Source: a virus | IMG/VR virus record: IMGVR_UViG_3300027759_000056 | Span: 1-64,000 of that record | Direction: 5' to 3' (one strand) | DNA: 64,000 nucleotides | In this document: in pieces, positions 59,938 through 64,000 of the stretch | Position numbering within the stretch: the stretch's first letter is position 1 | Layout: each line of letters starts with the position of its first letter | The notes under the pieces: model-generated | Told to the model about the DNA's origin: nothing | The model's input: only the letters and a program-made list of their open reading frames with translations | Database searches by the model: none | Translations under genes and position numbers: made by a program

Positions 59938-60148
59938 GATGTAACTTGGGTCGTGCCACATTGGCCACTTTTACATCAAGAGTCAGAAGGATTAGAGGTG
60001 GCCGTGACTACTCTGACTCGAATACAAAGTACCACGATGCTTACCGTAAGAACAGCACAGTGGTAGATAGAGTTAACGTGAATAACCCAAGGCATAAGCG
60101 TTAACAACCCCCAATAAGACTATTTGGCCAATAGAAACTGTTGGGGTT
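59938..60148 (+). ncRNA. unknown multi-hairpin RNA with loop-loop pairings
   Basis: five stems and two long-range complementarities. Confidence 0.6.
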
Positions 60149-60155
60149 ATTAAAA

Positions 60156-60227
60156 GCGAGTGTAGTATAAAGGCTATTACTCCAGCCTTCCAAGCTGGAT
60201 ATGCGAGTTCGATTCTCGCCACTCGCT
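60156..60227 (+). tRNA. tRNA-Gly(TCC)
   Basis: CCAGC-CTTCCAA-GCTGG; U73. Confidence 0.92.
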
Positions 60228-60230
60228 CAA

Positions 60231-60431
60231 AAAGAACCTTTTCTTACGGAAGTCCGATTAGCGCGGATGAAAGGAACCTTGACTTCACGGGAGTAGCTAC
60301 CCAATTGAAGCTTGAATGACTCAAGGTACTCTGTAATGGACCCTGCTCTATGGTGCACACATAACAGGTGATGGGGAACAAACCATCGGTAAAATCTAAA
60401 CCCACGGTGAGCGTGGAAGGAAAGTTTCTTT
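60231..60431 (+). ncRNA. unknown multibranch RNA of about 200 nt
   Basis: closing helix aaagaaccttttctt/aaggaaagtttcttt enclosing several hairpins. Confidence 0.55.
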
Positions 60432-60436
60432 TTTTT

Positions 60437-60511
60437 GCGGGAGTAGCTCAGGGGTAGAGCTTCAGTTTACCAAACTGAAAGTCGAAGGTTCGAATCCTTT
60501 TTCCCGCTCCA
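60437..60511 (+). tRNA. tRNA-Gly(ACC)
   Basis: GCGGGAG acceptor; TCAGT-TTACCAA-ACTGA; U73 plus CCA. Confidence 0.88.
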
Positions 60512-60579
60512 AATGTAAATCTTAAAAAGGGCCCTTCCGTGTTTATCACGGCTTGTTGGGCCCGGGTTTACTAACTTAC

Positions 60580-60651
60580 GGTCCTGTAGTTAATCGGCTA
60601 TAATATTGCCCTGTCACGGCAAAGTGCCGGGTTCGATTCCCGGTGGGACCG
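60580..60651 (+). tRNA. tRNA-Asp(GTC)
   Basis: TTGCC-CTGTCAC-GGCAA; G73. Confidence 0.92.
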
Positions 60652-60662
60652 CAAAAATAAAA

Positions 60663-60732
60663 GGGCCTGATGTCAACGGCAGACCGTTTGATTTGCAATC
60701 AGAACGTATGGGTTCGATTCCCACAGTGTCCA
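60663..60732 (+). tRNA. tRNA-Ala(TGC), atypical (bulged acceptor stem)
   Basis: G3:U70; TTTGA-TTTGCAA-TCAGA. Confidence 0.75.
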
Positions 60733-60741
60733 CAAACAAAT

Positions 60742-60817
60742 AGCGTAGTAGAGGAGTCAGGTTTATCTCATCTGCTTTGGGAGCAGAGGCACGCTGGTTC
60801 GAATCCAGTCTACGCTA
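60742..60817 (+). tRNA. tRNA-Pro(TGG)
   Basis: TCTGC-TTTGGGA-GCAGA. Confidence 0.9.
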
Positions 60818-60850
60818 CTAATTATAAAAAAAATTTACTATCTTTGTAAC

Positions 60851-61138
60851 ATGAAAAACATATTAAAAGACCCCCGATTTTATTTTTTCCTATGGATTGT
60901 TCTATCTATTATTCTTGCCATTACGTTAGGAGCTTGTAAACAGAAACCTTTGATTGAAAAAGGTGATGTAGTTGAAAAGTTCGTTATTGATTCAATGGTT
61001 CAATTGCCACCTCACAGCACAATTGAACTTGACAGGAAGTACAAGTATTTCATGTCAGACAGCAGTGAGTTTACTTCTTTGAAGAAATATAACATTGGTG
61101 ATACAATCACTTATGTTTACAAAAAACAAGGAAAGTAA
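60851..61138 (+). CDS. putative lipoprotein
   Basis: LGAC lipobox. Confidence 0.6.
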   Translation: MKNILKDPRFYFFLWIVLSIILAITLGACKQKPLIEKGDVVEKFVIDSMVQLPPHSTIELDRKYKYFMSDSSEFTSLKKYNIGDTITYVYKKQGK

Positions 61139-61157
61139 TATATATTAAAACATAAAT

Positions 61158-61234
61158 GCCTGAATAGCTTTAATTGGTAGAGCACCTGACTTGTAATCAG
61201 GGGGTTGGCGGTTCGAGTCCGTCTTCAGGCTCCA
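61158..61234 (+). tRNA. tRNA-Thr(TGT)
   Basis: CCTGA-CTTGTAA-TCAGG; CCA. Confidence 0.93.
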
Positions 61235-61246
61235 AACACAATAATC

Positions 61247-61432
61247 ATGGACCCCAAGACTCAAATGACGCAGGAAGATTTTTTAACTGAATTGACTGAA
61301 TTAAGTCAGTCATTTGGATTGTATGGTGAAAATGACAACTTTGGTGTTGATGGAGTTTACATACATACCCAACCAGAAATGTACATATGTCCGTGGGATA
61401 ATACTCAAGGGGATTGTACTCATTTCAACTAA
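61247..61432 (+). CDS. small hypothetical protein
   Basis: start refined to MDPKTQ after the tRNA. Confidence 0.5.
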   Translation: MDPKTQMTQEDFLTELTELSQSFGLYGENDNFGVDGVYIHTQPEMYICPWDNTQGDCTHFN

Positions 61433-61437
61433 TATTT

Positions 61438-61511
61438 GGACGGGTAGCTCAACAGGTTAGAGCAGGATGCTTATATCATCAAGGTTGGGGGTTCAAGTCC
61501 CTTCTCGTCTA
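61438..61511 (+). tRNA. tRNA-Ile(TAT)
   Basis: GATG-CTTATAT-CATC. Confidence 0.85.
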
Positions 61512-61525
61512 CTAAAAATTTAATT

Positions 61526-62098
61526 ATGAGCAACGAATATAATCAATGGTATTGGAAACTTTATAGATGGTTCAGATGGGACGCTAAACATCTTCATCGT
61601 GATATTGCACAGGGTTTTAGAAACCTATGGAAATGGTTACCAATAATTTGGAAAGACCGTGATTGGGATGACCATTTTATTTTTGAAGTTTTGAAATTCA
61701 AAATCAAGAATACCGCCAAGTATACAGAAAAAAAACAAAGGTTTGTTGGTTGGGAAAAAGAAGTTAGATATATGAGAATATGTGAAACTTTAATTGATAG
61801 AATTCAAAATGAGTATTATCAGATGGAGTATCAAGATTATCATGATTTTGATATTAGTACGGTACCAACAGAAGATGGTTTGTATGAAGTTGTCTTTGAT
61901 GTTAAACGTGATGATACTGATGAATTTGTTAAAAAATACCCACACGCTCTAAGAAAAGCAAAAAAAGACCCAAGATTTAAGAGTTATTTTAAGAATGAAA
62001 GAAATGGTTATCTTGCTGTGGGTATGATTAGACACGAAAAAGCAAGAAAACTGTTATTCAAAATTTTGGAACAAAGAATTGAGCGTTGGTGGGATTGA
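61526..62098 (+). CDS. conserved phage hypothetical protein
   Basis: W.PIIWKDRDWD...WWD. Confidence 0.7.
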   Translation: MSNEYNQWYWKLYRWFRWDAKHLHRDIAQGFRNLWKWLPIIWKDRDWDDHFIFEVLKFKIKNTAKYTEKKQRFVGWEKEVRYMRICETLIDRIQNEYYQMEYQDYHDFDISTVPTEDGLYEVVFDVKRDDTDEFVKKYPHALRKAKKDPRFKSYFKNERNGYLAVGMIRHEKARKLLFKILEQRIERWWD

Positions 62099-62126
62099 TT
62101 TTTTTCACTATATTTGTATAACAAAT

Positions 62127-62200
62127 GGACCTTTAGCTCAGTTGGTCAGAGCGGCTGACTCATAATCAGTAGGTCGTAGGTTCAAGCCCTACAGGGTCCA
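62127..62200 (+). tRNA. tRNA(CAT), probably Ile2 (lysidine type)
   Basis: GGACCTT acceptor; GCTGA-CTCATAA-TCAGT. Confidence 0.85.
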
Positions 62201-62203
62201 CAA

Positions 62204-62389
62204 ATGAAACAAAAAATGTATAGACCAAAAATTGACCGAGTTATTGGTGGAGTATGTTCTGGTATTGCATACCACGTAGACATTGACCCAATTTTTGTTC
62301 GAGTATTATTCTCAATATTAATTTTTAGTCCACTCCCAATTATCTTTGCTTATTTATTATTTTGGTTTTTTACACCAGGTGGTGAATAA
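62204..62389 (+). CDS. pspC: PspC domain protein
   Basis: MYR..DRVIGGVCSGIA....DP..VR. Confidence 0.85.
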   Translation: MKQKMYRPKIDRVIGGVCSGIAYHVDIDPIFVRVLFSILIFSPLPIIFAYLLFWFFTPGGE

Positions 62390-62456
62390 AAAGTTTTAAT
62401 ACCTGATTTATATCAGTTTTTTTTGTATTTATTTAGTAAATAACACTTTTTTACTA

Positions 62457-63083
62457 ATGGAATGGGCTGATATTCTTAAAACATTAATAACCGCTGTATC
62501 ATCAATTGTTGTTGCATTGGTTGCTGCAGGGTATTTTAGAAAAAATTCTGAAAAAAACAAAGAAGAAAAAAGCCGTGGTAAATTAATGGAACAAATTCAA
62601 CGTGATGAATTGGTTCATTTTACATTAAGAGAAATTAGAAGAAAATTTAATTCAGATAGAGTTTATATTATTCAATTTCATAATGGTGGAAGTTTTTATA
62701 CTCAAACACCAATGCAAAAAGCATCCATTACATATGAAAGATGTTCAGATGGATTAGAAAAATTTTCAGAAAGATTTCAAAATATTTTAATTTCAAATCA
62801 TAATTGGTATTTTACCGAAATTATTAACAATCGTTGTTTTTTTTCAGACATTGAAACACAGGTCAAAGATTTACCTGAAAAAAGTTTATTAAAAAATTAT
62901 GGTAATTACGCACATGCTGGAGTACCAATTTATGATGTTGAAAAAAGATTAATTGGTGTTATGTGTTTATCTTGGGTATTTTCTGATTTACAAATAAATG
63001 ATATACATGATGGTAAATTCAATGATGAGTTCAAAAAACAACTTTATGATGATGCCAATTCTTTAAGACCATATCTTGTATGA
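62457..63083 (+). CDS. TM helix + GAF-like domain protein (possible T4 T-like holin)
   Basis: N-terminal TM; DRVYIIQFHNG..VPIYD..LIGV. Confidence 0.55.
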   Translation: MEWADILKTLITAVSSIVVALVAAGYFRKNSEKNKEEKSRGKLMEQIQRDELVHFTLREIRRKFNSDRVYIIQFHNGGSFYTQTPMQKASITYERCSDGLEKFSERFQNILISNHNWYFTEIINNRCFFSDIETQVKDLPEKSLLKNYGNYAHAGVPIYDVEKRLIGVMCLSWVFSDLQINDIHDGKFNDEFKKQLYDDANSLRPYLV

Positions 63084-63361
63084 TTGAATTTTGGGACATA
63101 GATTTTGATGACGAATTAGATTTAGAGGTTGAAGATTTTGTTGAAGGTTTATTAAAATTAGGATTCAAAAGAAAAAACAAAGACATTTTTGTTAAATCAG
63201 TAATTAATCATAATGGTGATAAAGTTGATGACGGATTATTTTACCATCTAAACGAACAACTTTTGGTTTATTATCCTGAACCTAATAGTGGAATAACAAT
63301 CAAAGGTGTAGGTGATGACATCAATAAAATTGATGAATTTATCCGAAAGAATATAATGTAA
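63080..63361 (+). CDS. hypothetical protein
   Basis: 93 aa ORF. Confidence 0.6.
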   Translation: MIEFWDIDFDDELDLEVEDFVEGLLKLGFKRKNKDIFVKSVINHNGDKVDDGLFYHLNEQLLVYYPEPNSGITIKGVGDDINKIDEFIRKNIM

Positions 63362-63372
63362 TATTTATTGTT

Positions 63373-64000
63373 ATGGAAATGACTTATCCCGTAGCCGGAG
63401 AAACCTTTAATAGTAACTCATCATTTGGTATGAGAGGAACTGGTACACACAAAGGAATTGACCTTAAAGCCGATTCTGGTGACCGTGTAGTTGCCGCTTT
63501 ACCAGGTACTGTAATAAAATCAGACGATAATACTGACCCACAAGGTTATGGTGGACAAATATTAATTAAACACAATATTGACGGTGATATTTTTTATACT
63601 CGTTATGCTCACTTAAGAAAAAGATATGTTCAAGTAAATGAGAACGTTTCTCAGGGTGAAAAAATTGGAGAATCAGGTGGTGGTGAAGGTGATGCAAATA
63701 GAGGTAGAGCAACTGGTCCACATTTACATTTTGAATTATTAGATTACGGTCAAAAAGCAATTGACCCTGAACCATACTTAAAAGGTGCTTTAGCGGTTGG
63801 AGCTGCGGGTCTTGTTGCTGGAGGAACAAATAGTGGAAGTACAAGTTCATCAGGCTCAACTCTTAATACCGACGCTGCTGGAAAAGCGGTTGATAAAATT
63901 ATGGCTGGGTTTATGAAAGGATATTCACCTATAGGTTATTTATCATCACTAAAAGGATTGTCTGAACCAAAAAAAGAATCGGAAATTTCAAAACCAATAC
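63373..64000 (+). CDS. M23 peptidase (partial, runs off the window)
   Basis: my translation: HKGIDL..GYG..YAHL..TGPHLHFE; absent from the ORF track because there is no stop in the window. Confidence 0.88.
   Translation, partial: MEMTYPVAGETFNSNSSFGMRGTGTHKGIDLKADSGDRVVAALPGTVIKSDDNTDPQGYGGQILIKHNIDGDIFYTRYAHLRKRYVQVNENVSQGEKIGESGGGEGDANRGRATGPHLHFELLDYGQKAIDPEPYLKGALAVGAAGLVAGGTNSGSTSSSGSTLNTDAAGKAVDKIMAGFMKGYSPIGYLSSLKGLSEPKKESEISKPI

Noticed and set aside
60231-60431. RNase P RNA or cobalamin riboswitch (GGAAGTCCG, CTGTAA)
   Set aside because: The other conserved regions, such as the P4 partner strand or B12 box, are not found; kept as an unknown RNA.
1-64000. Stop-codon reassignment
   Set aside because: Known enzymes are intact in code 11, TAG and TGA end genes, and no clear suppressor tRNA is present.

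Overview
AT-rich 64 kb segment of a large (jumbo-type) dsDNA phage, most likely infecting Bacteroidota. Host evidence: TAnnTTTG -7 promoters, a T9SS C-terminal sorting domain protein and a GTTCTTTGAC boxA. It uses the standard genetic code. It holds dense small ORFs, auxiliary metabolic genes (paaA, iscA, ppk2, clpP, aminotransferase, acyl-CoA thioesterase, GT2 plus an LpxH-like phosphoesterase), cell-wall enzymes (GH19, GH108-like, YkuD, M23), a CsgG/cohesin/dockerin/T9SS envelope cluster, HNH nucleases, 30 canonical tRNA genes covering all 20 amino acids, and several unexplained structured or tRNA-like RNAs. Main discovery: each of the two large tRNA arrays is preceded by an unannotated leader peptide plus a mutually exclusive antiterminator/terminator. 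The leader control codons list the amino acids of the downstream tRNAs. Array 1 has KHVIQFCSNWYLR, exactly its 13 tRNA specificities, once each and in matching codon boxes. Array 2 has I(ATA)..GTPATEADT for its Ile/Gly/Thr/Pro/Ala/Glu/Asp tRNAs. Both are followed by an rrn-like boxA. This looks like a multi-input ribosome-stalling attenuator that switches on phage tRNA arrays when any cognate tRNA is depleted. A third, similar leader precedes HNH-tRNA-Leu(UAA)-clpP. All calls come from motif recognition by eye; no searches were run.
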